From the IMG/VR virus record IMGVR_UViG_3300019360_000004, positions 1 through 53,840 of that record: a stretch of 53,840 bases of DNA; one strand, given 5' to 3'. The translations under genes were made by a program, and so were the position numbers. The DNA comes from a virus (lineage: Duplodnaviria; Caudoviricetes). The notes beneath the pieces were generated by a model, which worked only from the letters and a program-made list of their open reading frames with translations, had not been told where the DNA came from and did no database searches. Below are positions 19,146 to 29,682 of the stretch, piece by piece. The stretch's first letter is position 1; every line of letters begins with the position of its first letter.

Positions 19146-20543
19146 ATGGCGGAAGGTGTAGCCTATCTTGCAGTCAGTGCAGTCGGAGAGGAAACGACTC
19201 CGAATATTGCGGTGAATGCCACCCAGCGTATCCCGTATCTCGAATGGGCGGCGACGCCGGAAGTGCAGCACCTCATGGATATGGCGCTCCAGGGACAGAT
19301 TGCCCAGGCCACCCCTGAATTAGGATTTTTTGATATCCGGGGGACGTGGCGTTGCAACGCCACGTATACCCAAAATAATCTACTCCTCAAGCATTTTATC
19401 GGATCACTCGCATCAAATACGTACACATTTGTGGATTCCCTGGTCGGGAAAGCCCTCACATGGCCCATCGACAAACAGGTTTCAATCTGGGAACTCTCGG
19501 GCGTGAAGCTCCCACAGTTGGTTCTCAATTGGGGACCGGATGGAGTCAGTTATTCAGGCACGTCCATTGCGCAAGGGATTGCATTTAACTCTCTTACGTA
19601 TACCGCAGGGACCATCAGTGCAGATAGCACGGACAACTCCATTAATGACAGTGCGACGTCTTTCCCCGCCTTTGTTGCTGGCGACAAAATTACAATTCAA
19701 GGGTTTACCGGGTCGACCAGTAACAACGGGGTGGGGATTGTGGTATCCCGCACGACCGCGAAGATTGTGATTAGTGAGTTGACCTTGACGACAGATGCCG
19801 CAGGGGAATCGGTCACCATTTATGGTGGCCAGAATACCGCCGCAGAGTTGGCAGCACTCCTCCCCAATACTGATACCCGCATAAAAATTGCCCCTGATCT
19901 CAACACCCGTCTGGGCCTTTATAGTGCTGCTCTGGGTGTGGGGGATGAGATTAAAGCTGTCGAGGGGACGCTGACGCTGACGCGTCCAATGGTTGAACAG
20001 CACGTGAGCGGGCAACGGGGAATACTCGAGCCCGCCCCGAACAACTTCGTCGCAGGGATCTTTTCTCTCACGTTGTCCAGGTTTAGTACGAATCAGTATG
20101 AATTGTGGAAAATCACACGGCAACGGTTGTCCCTGCGAGTCTATTTTAAAAAAGAGGGGGGAACAGCCTCGCAGGAATGGATCATGCCGAATGTTGTCCT
20201 AGTCACAACGCCCAGTCCGATCAGTGGTCCTGGGTTTATTCCACAGACCATCACTGGAACTATCCATATCGGACAAGATAAATACGGTCCCAGCACAGTC
20301 ACTTCGGCGAGTACAACGGATGATAGTTTCAATACGACCGCGAATGATTTCCCCATGCTGTATCCAGGCGCGAAGCTCTTTGTCAGTGGGTTTGTCAGTG
20401 CGGCCAACAACGGTGTACACACTGTGGTGAGTCGGACAGTAAGCAAAATCATTGTCACGACCAACCTGACCACAGAAGCAGCGGGGCCTTCAGTAACGCT
20501 GGTTGGGCGTAATCCGTTTGTCATTGTGAACGAAACAGCATAG
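19146..20543 (+). CDS. Tail tube protein with two accessory beta domains
   Basis: AVGEETT N-terminus, LLLKHFIG; two similar ~70-aa domains. Confidence 0.65.
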   Translation: MAEGVAYLAVSAVGEETTPNIAVNATQRIPYLEWAATPEVQHLMDMALQGQIAQATPELGFFDIRGTWRCNATYTQNNLLLKHFIGSLASNTYTFVDSLVGKALTWPIDKQVSIWELSGVKLPQLVLNWGPDGVSYSGTSIAQGIAFNSLTYTAGTISADSTDNSINDSATSFPAFVAGDKITIQGFTGSTSNNGVGIVVSRTTAKIVISELTLTTDAAGESVTIYGGQNTAAELAALLPNTDTRIKIAPDLNTRLGLYSAALGVGDEIKAVEGTLTLTRPMVEQHVSGQRGILEPAPNNFVAGIFSLTLSRFSTNQYELWKITRQRLSLRVYFKKEGGTASQEWIMPNVVLVTTPSPISGPGFIPQTITGTIHIGQDKYGPSTVTSASTTDDSFNTTANDFPMLYPGAKLFVSGFVSAANNGVHTVVSRTVSKIIVTTNLTTEAAGPSVTLVGRNPFVIVNETA

Positions 20544-20556
20544 ACTTAAAAGAACC

Positions 20557-20883
20557 ATGCCACTAGAAATTGATCTGACTACACAACAACAAGTCCTACT
20601 GAGCGCTATCCCGAAGACCTTAGAGGGATGTCCAGGTGCTTTGGCTGGCCCAGTGGTCTATACGTTAAATACGGGGAATTGTACGCTGGTTCCTGTTGGA
20701 GATGATCGCAGTGTCCTGATTGTTTCTGGGGACCACGCAGGATACAGCGTTATGCTCGTATCTGCAGAGGCAGATCTCGGCAAGGGCGTAGAAACCATTA
20801 CAGATATCGTAGTCGTTCACGTGATAGACGCTCATACGGCCGTTTTGGGTTTAACGGTGGGTACGCCAGAACTCAAAGCATAG
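20557..20883 (+). CDS. Ig-like small structural protein
   Basis: Beta-rich; ADLGKGVETI motif. Confidence 0.5.
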   Translation: MPLEIDLTTQQQVLLSAIPKTLEGCPGALAGPVVYTLNTGNCTLVPVGDDRSVLIVSGDHAGYSVMLVSAEADLGKGVETITDIVVVHVIDAHTAVLGLTVGTPELKA

Positions 20884-20899
20884 CGCCGCGGGGCATTAT

Positions 20900-22054
20900 A
20901 TGGCTGATACTCTTGGTCTGAATCTTCGCGCGGGCTTCACACGCGAGGCCATTGTCACGGCTCAACAATGGCCTGCTACTGTAGCTGCTGCCATCACCCA
21001 ACTGTTACCAATTGTGGATGTACAGCCGAATGATGGTGTAACCAAGCAGGGGTATACCACCATAGAGAGCGGTGGCCGTGGTCCCATTGCCTATGATGTG
21101 ATGAGCATCAAACCGACCGTGCAAGTCCCGCTTGTATGTACCTATGAAGGGCTGGAGACACTATGGGCGTGTGCGCTAGGTTATATGGCGAAACGTATCA
21201 GTGGGACTGTCATGCCGGAGCTCGTGACCACTGGCGTCTACCGCCACCTCTATGAGATTGATCCTGGTCTAAGTACTGCCTGGGCCTGGGATGCCACCGC
21301 GGATGGCTTTCTAGGAGGTGAACTGAGTCCTGGTCAACGGAAAGTCCGCCGCGGCACGTTCGCAGTTGATATGACGGACACTGTCTGGGAATGGCTTTCC
21401 GCGATGGTGAGTGCTGTCACGCTGCAATGTGATCTGCAAGGCGTCACGCTTATCATAGACCTTGTATCGCATAGTCTCAGTGATACCTCGAGCATTAATA
21501 CTCTTACGACACTGCGAACAGTATTACCTCTTGTCACACCAAGGGTGTTACCCACACAACTCGTATGGCGTATTGCCCCGTTTTCGACCGGCACACCGCT
21601 GGGCCTGGCTGATGTGGTGAAAGTGAACTCATGGACGTTACGCCTAGAGAATCAGCTTGAGGCAACCCCTGGCCTAAATACCGGCACAGCGCCACTGGAA
21701 TATGAACGAGTCAGAGATTATCCTGTAGTCACAGTGACATTTGTGTTACCACGACACACAGCCAATATATGGCAAACGCGCTGGCGCGCCAATACGGTTT
21801 TAATGGCCGATGCGAAATGGACCAGTGAGGTACAGATCACGAGCGGGCAACCATGGCGTTTGCACGTCTATCTGCCGAGTTGCATTGTCAGCAATGCACA
21901 ACTCCAACCGGCGGGTGCGGGCCTCCCGTCTGACACAGTGCAACTCCTGGCTATCGTGCCGAGTGCTGCCCCCGCGGGGTTCCCGACCACGCGCTTTCTT
22001 GGGGCGCTGGCGGTGGAACTTTATACCCGTGCAAGTTTGCATCCCTTGCTCTAA
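20900..22054 (+). CDS. Second tail-tube-like protein
   Basis: YEGLETLWACALG, YRHLYEI, WTLRLENQL and LHVYLPSC tube-like segments. Confidence 0.55.
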   Translation: MADTLGLNLRAGFTREAIVTAQQWPATVAAAITQLLPIVDVQPNDGVTKQGYTTIESGGRGPIAYDVMSIKPTVQVPLVCTYEGLETLWACALGYMAKRISGTVMPELVTTGVYRHLYEIDPGLSTAWAWDATADGFLGGELSPGQRKVRRGTFAVDMTDTVWEWLSAMVSAVTLQCDLQGVTLIIDLVSHSLSDTSSINTLTTLRTVLPLVTPRVLPTQLVWRIAPFSTGTPLGLADVVKVNSWTLRLENQLEATPGLNTGTAPLEYERVRDYPVVTVTFVLPRHTANIWQTRWRANTVLMADAKWTSEVQITSGQPWRLHVYLPSCIVSNAQLQPAGAGLPSDTVQLLAIVPSAAPAGFPTTRFLGALAVELYTRASLHPLL

Positions 22055-22260
22055 GGAAGACGTTATGGCCGGAGAAGTTGCTAACAGTCCCTATCCCCGC
22101 TTGAGTATGAGAAAAACAACTGGAGTTTCCTCAAAAGACTCCAGTAAATCTTACACTAATACACAAACAATTATGCTACCCGAAGATCATAACAATTTGG
22201 ACTATGCATATATTATGATCTTCAAATCAGAACTTATAGATATATGAATAGGAGTATTAT

Positions 22261-22773
22261 ATGAGTTTCCGCTCACGGAGTATGGAAGAACGATTGAGCC
22301 ATGTCTACGAAGGAGCGACGATTTTCTATCATCGCCTTTTACAGGAAGAAAAGGATAAGGCCAAGCATGCGTCAACCGAGCGTGGAGATCTCCACGACTA
22401 TCTGTTTGTCTTGCGGGTCGCTCAACTCGCCGTGGATGGTTGGCAGGAAGATGGTCAGGTACTGAACGCTGATGGTCATCCGATCCCTGTGCCTATAGGG
22501 ACTCGCGAGGAACGTCGTGCTGGGATTATCGCCGAGGTAGCCAAGTGGGATAGCGAACTCCTTCTGCAAATATTCTCCTTGTCTATGGGGAAGGAGGATC
22601 CGGAACAGATAAGAAAAAACTCGCCCGATATCTTTCGCGCCGGTTCGCCCTCACCAGCCGACGTACCGGCTTCGAGCTTACCTGTGGCGAGTGCCGACAC
22701 AGCCGAGGTGCCGACGGACTCCCCATTCCCTGCGATACCGGAGGCTTGGCCGCTTGTCTCTACTGGGACCTGA
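22261..22773 (+). CDS. Tail assembly chaperone (G-like)
   Basis: Upstream of tape measure; contains an in-frame slippery heptamer. Confidence 0.75.
   Translation: MSFRSRSMEERLSHVYEGATIFYHRLLQEEKDKAKHASTERGDLHDYLFVLRVAQLAVDGWQEDGQVLNADGHPIPVPIGTREERRAGIIAEVAKWDSELLLQIFSLSMGKEDPEQIRKNSPDIFRAGSPSPADVPASSLPVASADTAEVPTDSPFPAIPEAWPLVSTGT
22614..22620 (+). other. -1 ribosomal frameshift site A AAA AAC
   Basis: X XXY YYZ in frame; the -1 frame stays open to 23030. Confidence 0.75.
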
Positions 22774-23030
22774 TGGATGCCAGCCCGGGTGAGCCAGTGG
22801 ACTATGCGGATGTGCACGCGGTCGAACTATACCAACAGATTCAACGCCACGGCTGGTCCATGGTGGCGGCGCTGGTCCCCTTGCCAGAGAGCGCCGCAGC
22901 ACGTGAGGCATTGTTTATCCGATTAGACTGGCTCACACAGCATTATCCGGCGATGTTGGCGCAATGGCAGGGATCAGCACCAACATCGTCACAGGAGGCC
23001 CCGACGTATGATCAGAATCGATATGGATAA
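22614..23030 (+). CDS. Tail chaperone T-like extension (GT product)
   Basis: -1 frame KKLARYLSRRF...CGEC...AVELYQQI; no good independent start. Confidence 0.7.
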   Translation, partial: KKLARYLSRRFALTSRRTGFELTCGECRHSRGADGLPIPCDTGGLAACLYWDLMDASPGEPVDYADVHAVELYQQIQRHGWSMVAALVPLPESAAAREALFIRLDWLTQHYPAMLAQWQGSAPTSSQEAPTYDQNRYG

Positions 23031-23286
23031 TGCTGGACATATTTGGCGTTATGAGGACGGGATACCTACGGTGGAACTGTATGAGAGTACCCCTGAGGAT
23101 GCAACGATTCTTGGACTTGTGCGGTATGGCGACGGGTATCCCGGCGAACGGTGGGAAGTGGGTGAAGGAGTGACTCCTGCACAGGTGCTTTGTCTCTATT
23201 ATATGCCACCAGTGGCATCCCGTGATCTTATTGAAGAGTTCCTCCCAGAAATGGATGATCCCTTGAAGCCGGGTGAGGGGGCATAA
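23008..23286 (+). CDS. Hypothetical protein
   Basis: AGGAGG RBS and ATG. Confidence 0.5.
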   Translation: MIRIDMDNAGHIWRYEDGIPTVELYESTPEDATILGLVRYGDGYPGERWEVGEGVTPAQVLCLYYMPPVASRDLIEEFLPEMDDPLKPGEGA

Positions 23287-23288
23287 CC

Positions 23289-26200
23289 ATGCCGATGGTA
23301 GTGCTCGAACTACAGGCGAAAGGCGCGGCAGAAGCGACGCAGGCCGTAAAATCGGTTGGGGATGCGCTGACGCAGTTTGCCACGGTGGTTGCCCGGAGCA
23401 GTGCCGATACGGCGGCGCTCGCGCAGGCCGTTGCCAAAGCCGAAGCCACCATGGGGCAGCTACGTCCAACCACCCAGGCCGATGCTGACAATTTGCGGGT
23501 GTTGCAACAACAAGTGACCGCTGTCAAAGACAGCTTGGGGGCTATGACCACGGCGACACAGCAGACCGCCACTGCAACGCAACAAGGTGCAACGAGTATC
23601 AAGCAGTTTGAACAAACGGTGCAGAGTAGTAGTCAGGCTGTTAAAGGAGCAACTCAGGATAGTCGAACGTGGCAAGTGTCGTTGCTCGATCTTGCCAAAG
23701 CTGGCGCCGTGATGGGTCTCGGCTTTCAGGGGATTTCGACAATTGCAGGGTGGTTTCGGGATGCTATGAGTAGCACCGTACAATTTCAACAGGCAATGGC
23801 CAATGTCAATACGCTTGTTCTCGGCAGTACGCAAGTGCAGGCACAATTACGAACTGAATTGCTGCAATTACCGCCAATCTTGGGCTCTGCTACCGAGTTA
23901 GCGAAAGGATTATATCAGGTACTCTCTGCGGGAGTAGAACCTGCAAAAGCCGTGGCGTTTCTCAAGGAGTCTGCGCTATTAGCCAAGGCTGGCTTAGCTG
24001 ATCTTGACACCGCAACGATTGCCCTGACCAAGACAATGGCGGCCTATAAAATCCCCGTCGAGCAGGCGTCCGCAGTCAGCGATGTATTATTCAAAGCTGT
24101 CGAAGTTGGCCAGGGCACGCTTCAGCAATTTGCCCAGGCGATGCCCCAGGTGACGCAATTGGCTGCGGCAATGGGCGTGAATTTCAAAGATACCGCCGCA
24201 GTGATGGCCACATTGTCGCAGACATTTAAAAGTACTGACACGGCTGCGACCGGCTTCGCATCGCTTCTGCGTCAGCTCTCGCAAAACAGTGCAGAATTTT
24301 TGGCATTAGGCATTGATATCAAGAAAGTGATCAGTGAAGAGGGCATTATTGGGGCTATTCGTATTCTGCAACAGGTCACAGGAGGTAGTTCCGAACGACT
24401 GCGTAAATTTGTCCAAGATGCCGAGGGCGTCAACGCTGCCTTGGCCTTGATGGGACCACAGTTTCAAACACTCATTGAGGCCCAACGGAAAATGGGTGAG
24501 GCCGCTGGCGTGGTAGGAAAAGCAGTCAAAGAACAGACGCAGACCGCAGGCGAAGCCTGGACGGCCCTGGTGAGTAGTCTTGATAAACTAGCACAGCAAC
24601 TTGCCCCGCCGTTTCTTGGGGCATTTGCAGCGATTGTGCAGGGTGCTGTGATATTGATAGAAAATCTTCGCACGTTGACCAAGACCGTCATCAATTTGTT
24701 TACTTTTAAGCCGACCAATGTGCTACCGACGGAAATACAAAAAACGGGTGAAGCTGCCAAGGCCGCCGCTGAAAATGTCAAACTATTGGATGATGCATTT
24801 AGAGACACAACTGATCGAGGTGAGCGAGTGAAACGGGCATTGGAGAATGTAAAGCCAACGCTCGAAGGGAATACCATAGAGTATACCAATCTTGGCACAA
24901 CATTGGGTGTGGTTATACCACAGATGGACACAGTAGCCAAAAAAGCAGAAGCACAGAAAAATGCTTTTGATGAGTCAACTAAAACCCTGACAGGCTTTAA
25001 TACTGCCCTCAATAATATCAAGAAATCTGGTGAGATTGGGCAGATCATTCCTACTGAGGAACTTCAGAAAAACCTGAAAACAGTCATCAACAGTCTTGGG
25101 GAGTTTGCTGAATCCGGCATACTGAGTAATACACAAGTACGTCAAGCGTTTGTACAGACTGAGAAAACCATTCGAGAAACGCAAGGCACGGGCTCCCAGA
25201 CATATCAAGATCTGATCGCCATGTGGAGTGGCTGGGAGGCGCAGGTACGCAACAGTACAGGAGTCGTATCGAAAGAAGTAGCCCAGGCCGCCGCGGTACA
25301 AGCGGCGGCCGCCGCGCAAGCCAAGCAGGCGCTGGAAGGCGAAGCCCAGGCCCGCCTCGCCGAGGCGCAGGTCATGCTCCAGCTCGCCGAGAGCAAGACT
25401 GTTGCGGAGCGCAAGATTGCGCAGGCCGCCGTCGATACCGCGAAACAGGCGGTCCTTAGTGCACGGGAACAGACCCTTGCTGCTGAGCAAGTGGCGCTTG
25501 CGAAGCAAAAGCAAGCCGTACAAGCGGACCTTACCGTCAAAGTGGAGGAGCGTAACGCCAGACTCATTGAGATCAATGCCAAGATGGAAGCGAATGCCGT
25601 GGAGCAGGCGGCCTTGGCTCACATCAGGGCCGGTGAGGCCGCGCTCGCCGCGGCACGACAGAAGCAAGTTGCCGCTGAAACTGCCTTGCGACTCGTTGCG
25701 GCGCAGCGTGAAGAAGCGCAAGCAGTCGTGCAGGGCGCGCAGGCGGTCGTGGCTGCGGCAGAGAGTCGGCTACAAGCCGCGTTGGTGACGAGTCGCGGGG
25801 TGATCGATGCCAATGTCCGCATGGCACAAGGGGACGTGGAAGCGGCGAAACAAGCCCTCTTTGCGGCGCAGCAGAAGGAACTGGCTGCACAACAAACCGC
25901 ATTGGCCTATAAGCGCGTTGAAATTGCCTCTGATACCAGTACGAGCACAGAGGTACGGAATCAGCAGTTGGCAGCGAACGCAGCGCAACAAGCCGCACTA
26001 GCCAGAGAGAAAGGCGCCGCGCAGGCGGCGGAGGGCTACCGCCAAATTCAGCAGTCAAGCCAGACAGCGGGGAAATCGGAGAGGGAACGCATAGATGCCC
26101 TCCGAGAGGGCTTCACAGACACGGAGAGCGGCATCACGAAGTTCAGTGATGGGCTGTCGCTTAACATTAGCAGAGTGAAAGACCTCAGTTTTACGATTAC

Positions 26201-27338
26201 TGGCATGGCGGCATCGGTGGGACTCTGGCTGAGTAATACCCCAGTCATTTGGGAAAAAATGGGATCGGATATCGCCACCGTTACGCGGCAAATGAGGGAA
26301 TTAGAGGCAGCTCAAAGGCGCCTTTATACAGACTTAATACAATGGCAATTCCCTGGCACCGGTGCATTTAACTGGATCAATAAGGGCCAGTTAGAAATCC
26401 TTGGTCAGCTCGGAAAGAGACTGCATGAACTCATGATGCAGTGGGCTAGAGACACGACCGATGTCCAGGCTCTTTCCGTAGCGATGGCTCGTGATGTCAA
26501 CCTGGCCTTCGCCGCACTCGGAATACAGACAGGACAAGCACTGAAAGCCGCCGCTGAGAAGGCGATTGCCGCTTTTCAGGCCATCCAGCGGAGTGGCACC
26601 CTGACCGGCGAAGCGCTGCAAGAACTGTTTGTCCGCAATGTATTACCAGCCATCCAGCAAGCCTATGGCAGAATGACAGGCTCGATCATGGCCATGAATA
26701 TGACGATGGTCGATGCTGTAGCCGCCGCGCTCGATTTCTTAGGTGCCAAATCCGATAAGATGTTGCGAGACGAGGCCGACGCGGCCAAGCGTGCCTTTGA
26801 GATTATCAAAGCGGCAGGTGCAGCCACCGGCCAAAATCTCGAGGATATCTGGACCAACGATGTCCTTCCCAAAATCGAAAAAGCTTACGGCAAGATGGCC
26901 GATAAGATTGTCGACGATAATAAGAAAATCCGTGACAGCGCGATGGAAGCCGCAGCAGCCGTAGGGCTCTTGGTCCCCACGAGTGTTGCTCCGCCCACTG
27001 GCCCTTTCCCTGGACCTCCGTCTGATGTCCCCTATGTTCCGCCATTAGGCCCTGGACCAGCTTCATACCAGCACGGCACCGCCTACGTCCCACGTACCGC
27101 CTGGTACCAACTCCACCAGGGCGAGCAGGTCGTGCCGCGTGGCATGCCCCAAGGGCAACCAGGGCGCGATGTGGCCGGCCCGATTCAGGTCACGTTTGGC
27201 CAAATCACCGTGCAGGTCCAGGGTGACGCCGGTGGCCGGGCCCCACAACAGCTCGGCCGTGACGTGGAAGAAGCCCTGGATAAAGCGATTCGTGCGGGAC
27301 GGTTTACCTACCAGATGAAACGTGCACTAGGATTGTAA
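23289..27338 (+). CDS. Tape measure protein (TP901-like core)
   Basis: 1349 aa, Ala/Gln-rich helical; FQQAMANVNTL...GLYQVLSAG; C-terminal GTAYVP..LHQGEQVVP. Confidence 0.92.
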   Translation: MPMVVLELQAKGAAEATQAVKSVGDALTQFATVVARSSADTAALAQAVAKAEATMGQLRPTTQADADNLRVLQQQVTAVKDSLGAMTTATQQTATATQQGATSIKQFEQTVQSSSQAVKGATQDSRTWQVSLLDLAKAGAVMGLGFQGISTIAGWFRDAMSSTVQFQQAMANVNTLVLGSTQVQAQLRTELLQLPPILGSATELAKGLYQVLSAGVEPAKAVAFLKESALLAKAGLADLDTATIALTKTMAAYKIPVEQASAVSDVLFKAVEVGQGTLQQFAQAMPQVTQLAAAMGVNFKDTAAVMATLSQTFKSTDTAATGFASLLRQLSQNSAEFLALGIDIKKVISEEGIIGAIRILQQVTGGSSERLRKFVQDAEGVNAALALMGPQFQTLIEAQRKMGEAAGVVGKAVKEQTQTAGEAWTALVSSLDKLAQQLAPPFLGAFAAIVQGAVILIENLRTLTKTVINLFTFKPTNVLPTEIQKTGEAAKAAAENVKLLDDAFRDTTDRGERVKRALENVKPTLEGNTIEYTNLGTTLGVVIPQMDTVAKKAEAQKNAFDESTKTLTGFNTALNNIKKSGEIGQIIPTEELQKNLKTVINSLGEFAESGILSNTQVRQAFVQTEKTIRETQGTGSQTYQDLIAMWSGWEAQVRNSTGVVSKEVAQAAAVQAAAAAQAKQALEGEAQARLAEAQVMLQLAESKTVAERKIAQAAVDTAKQAVLSAREQTLAAEQVALAKQKQAVQADLTVKVEERNARLIEINAKMEANAVEQAALAHIRAGEAALAAARQKQVAAETALRLVAAQREEAQAVVQGAQAVVAAAESRLQAALVTSRGVIDANVRMAQGDVEAAKQALFAAQQKELAAQQTALAYKRVEIASDTSTSTEVRNQQLAANAAQQAALAREKGAAQAAEGYRQIQQSSQTAGKSERERIDALREGFTDTESGITKFSDGLSLNISRVKDLSFTITGMAASVGLWLSNTPVIWEKMGSDIATVTRQMRELEAAQRRLYTDLIQWQFPGTGAFNWINKGQLEILGQLGKRLHELMMQWARDTTDVQALSVAMARDVNLAFAALGIQTGQALKAAAEKAIAAFQAIQRSGTLTGEALQELFVRNVLPAIQQAYGRMTGSIMAMNMTMVDAVAAALDFLGAKSDKMLRDEADAAKRAFEIIKAAGAATGQNLEDIWTNDVLPKIEKAYGKMADKIVDDNKKIRDSAMEAAAAVGLLVPTSVAPPTGPFPGPPSDVPYVPPLGPGPASYQHGTAYVPRTAWYQLHQGEQVVPRGMPQGQPGRDVAGPIQVTFGQITVQVQGDAGGRAPQQLGRDVEEALDKAIRAGRFTYQMKRALGL

Positions 27339-27340
27339 AC

Positions 27341-27712
27341 ATGGCGCTGACACTGACCAAGAATGCATTGTCGGTGACATTCCCTCGTGGCCGGATTTTC
27401 CCGACGACGACAGGCTACCGGATTAACCAGGTGCTCGAGGAGTCTGAAGACTTGACACCGCAGGCCACTGAGCTAGGCGGCACACTGACGGAGTACCAGG
27501 TCGAGCTCCTCGGCGTGGATACGACACTCGAAGCAAGTTTTCGCACCTTCTTCGAAGACGCTAGCGTACGCTGGGCGCTCAACACCATTACGCTCACCCT
27601 AGAGGACGCGACGACTTTTACCGGGCGCTGGTGGGGGCCGCTCAGTCATCAGCCTACGCAATATACGGCGGGGCTCTTTCGTATTAGCTTTTTCTTTCGC
27701 GTGGAGATTTAA
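27341..27712 (+). CDS. Distal tail protein-like
   Basis: Synteny and size. Confidence 0.5.
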   Translation: MALTLTKNALSVTFPRGRIFPTTTGYRINQVLEESEDLTPQATELGGTLTEYQVELLGVDTTLEASFRTFFEDASVRWALNTITLTLEDATTFTGRWWGPLSHQPTQYTAGLFRISFFFRVEI

Positions 27713-27716
27713 GATT

Positions 27717-28205
27717 ATGGCTGGTGTCTACACCATTAATTCCGGGGGTGCACTCACGTTGGTCAACGCGGCATGTACCGTGGTGTTTCTCCATGCGAGT
27801 GCGACTCAATCGTTACAAGTCCTGCGGTGTTATCTAGCGCAGACCGGGACGACAACAATTGAGATGGTCCCGGTCCAACTCAGCACCCAGGTCAGCGCTT
27901 TCCCCACGCTTACAAGTGCCACCCCACGCGCACATGATGGCTGGTCTACCTCGCAAATTGTCGGCGGAACCGCAGGCGCTGCCGGGACGTGCGGCGTCAA
28001 CGCCAGTGCTGAAGGCGGGGGGGCACGTACGATTCGATGGGAAGGGGCCTTCCAGAATACCCTCGGTTGGGAATGGAAGCCCAACACGGAAGACGAGATA
28101 TGGACACTCCAGGCCAACGGAGCATCGGGCTTCGGCGTGCATATTCCCGCAGCGCTGACCGGGCGTACCGGGTGGCGTGTTTCGCTCACCTTCCGTGAAT
28201 TGTAG
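27717..28205 (+). CDS. Putative tail structural protein
   Basis: Beta-rich ORF in the tail-tip module. Confidence 0.5.
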   Translation: MAGVYTINSGGALTLVNAACTVVFLHASATQSLQVLRCYLAQTGTTTIEMVPVQLSTQVSAFPTLTSATPRAHDGWSTSQIVGGTAGAAGTCGVNASAEGGGARTIRWEGAFQNTLGWEWKPNTEDEIWTLQANGASGFGVHIPAALTGRTGWRVSLTFREL

Positions 28206-28209
28206 CCAT

Positions 28210-29679
28210 ATGAGCATTGTTTCCCTCTTGCGGAAAGACACAGATGGGGCAGGCCGCCGGCGCATCTTACGCCCGATTATGCGGGCACCCACCGGTGCAC
28301 CCATTACGGCCTCGCCGCATCTGGCCTTAGGTCGGCAACCCGTGTGGCTTGTAGAAATCCCGGGCGCCTCGCAATATCTCGCCACCCGTGAGATCACACT
28401 TGAGGGACGGAGCTATCTTCCGATCCTGGCGCCTGGCGGGATTGCGGATATTACCCGTGAACTCCTCACCGGGGATGTGCCTCGCGTCAGTAATGCGACA
28501 ATCCAAATTGTGAATGCGACGCTTTACTCTGGGCTCATCAATTCGTACCAGCTCGACAATCAGCCCATGCGTATTCTCGCAGGATTTCTTGGCTATCCCT
28601 ACGAGCAATATCGCGTACTGTTTACCGGCCCACTCGATAACTGGCAGGCCCAACGCCGGCGATTTCAACTTGAAGCGCTTGACGGAACCTTCCAACGCCA
28701 TGTCACGCTTCCGGCGATTGATGGGGCGACGTTCGGTACCCTCACCAATCCTGCCGATGTCATCCAATACCTCGCGCAAACCTATGTACCCCTCCTCACC
28801 CTCAACGTCGATAGCGTGGCACGGTTCAAGGCTGCCCGGACGGCCTGGACCTTCCAAGGGAGTGTGGATGAAGGAACCAACAGTTTCGATCTCTTCGTCC
28901 GCATGGCGCACCAGGCGCAAGGCCGATATATTGAGTCACCCAATGGGGAGGGGCAACTCATCCCACTAGAGTCGTCTACCCCACCATTGCAGACGTTTAC
29001 CGCCAGTGAGATTGCCCCGGACTCTGTGACGCTTGGGCGCTCTGCAGAATCGGAAGTCTATACCGACATTTACGTATGGTATGGCCGTGATCCTACGCTG
29101 GGGACTGCGAGCAGTGTAACCGCCTATGCCGGGGCAGTGGTGGCCACGCCGGATGGTACGACACATCCCACTGACCCACTCCATGTGCTCTGTCAGCTGG
29201 CCTCGACAGCACTCAATGGCATCAGCCACCGACTGGATTATCTAGCAGACTGGATCGGGAGTGCCACTGAGGCTCATCGTTTGCTCAAGTTCCTGGTTAT
29301 CTGGCATACGCAACGGCGGCATGTGGTGCACTTTAGCACCTGGTCACAGGCGTGGCAACGCGATGTCACGGACGCGATTACCGTGATGCATGACCTGGTG
29401 CCCGCACAGGTGCAGACGTTCGAGATTGTCGCAACCACTAACCGGGGACCGCATAGTGAGGTAGTGACTCAGGAGTTGGATCATCCCTATTGGCATGCGT
29501 GGGTTGAACATTGGGGCACCGTGACCTCTGGAGCCAATCCCTTACCACCCGGCGTTGATCCTGCACCGATTGCTGGTGATCCGTGGGACCCGACAATCCA
29601 GGAGACATTGATTATTAGTGAGGATTGGGAACCAGGCATCCTCGAACTGTTGATTCTGCGTGAGACGTGGGAGACTTGA
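28210..29679 (+). CDS. Tail hub / baseplate protein
   Basis: Synteny; VLFTGPLDNW-type hub segment. Confidence 0.55.
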   Translation: MSIVSLLRKDTDGAGRRRILRPIMRAPTGAPITASPHLALGRQPVWLVEIPGASQYLATREITLEGRSYLPILAPGGIADITRELLTGDVPRVSNATIQIVNATLYSGLINSYQLDNQPMRILAGFLGYPYEQYRVLFTGPLDNWQAQRRRFQLEALDGTFQRHVTLPAIDGATFGTLTNPADVIQYLAQTYVPLLTLNVDSVARFKAARTAWTFQGSVDEGTNSFDLFVRMAHQAQGRYIESPNGEGQLIPLESSTPPLQTFTASEIAPDSVTLGRSAESEVYTDIYVWYGRDPTLGTASSVTAYAGAVVATPDGTTHPTDPLHVLCQLASTALNGISHRLDYLADWIGSATEAHRLLKFLVIWHTQRRHVVHFSTWSQAWQRDVTDAITVMHDLVPAQVQTFEIVATTNRGPHSEVVTQELDHPYWHAWVEHWGTVTSGANPLPPGVDPAPIAGDPWDPTIQETLIISEDWEPGILELLILRETWET

Positions 29680-29682
29680 GTT

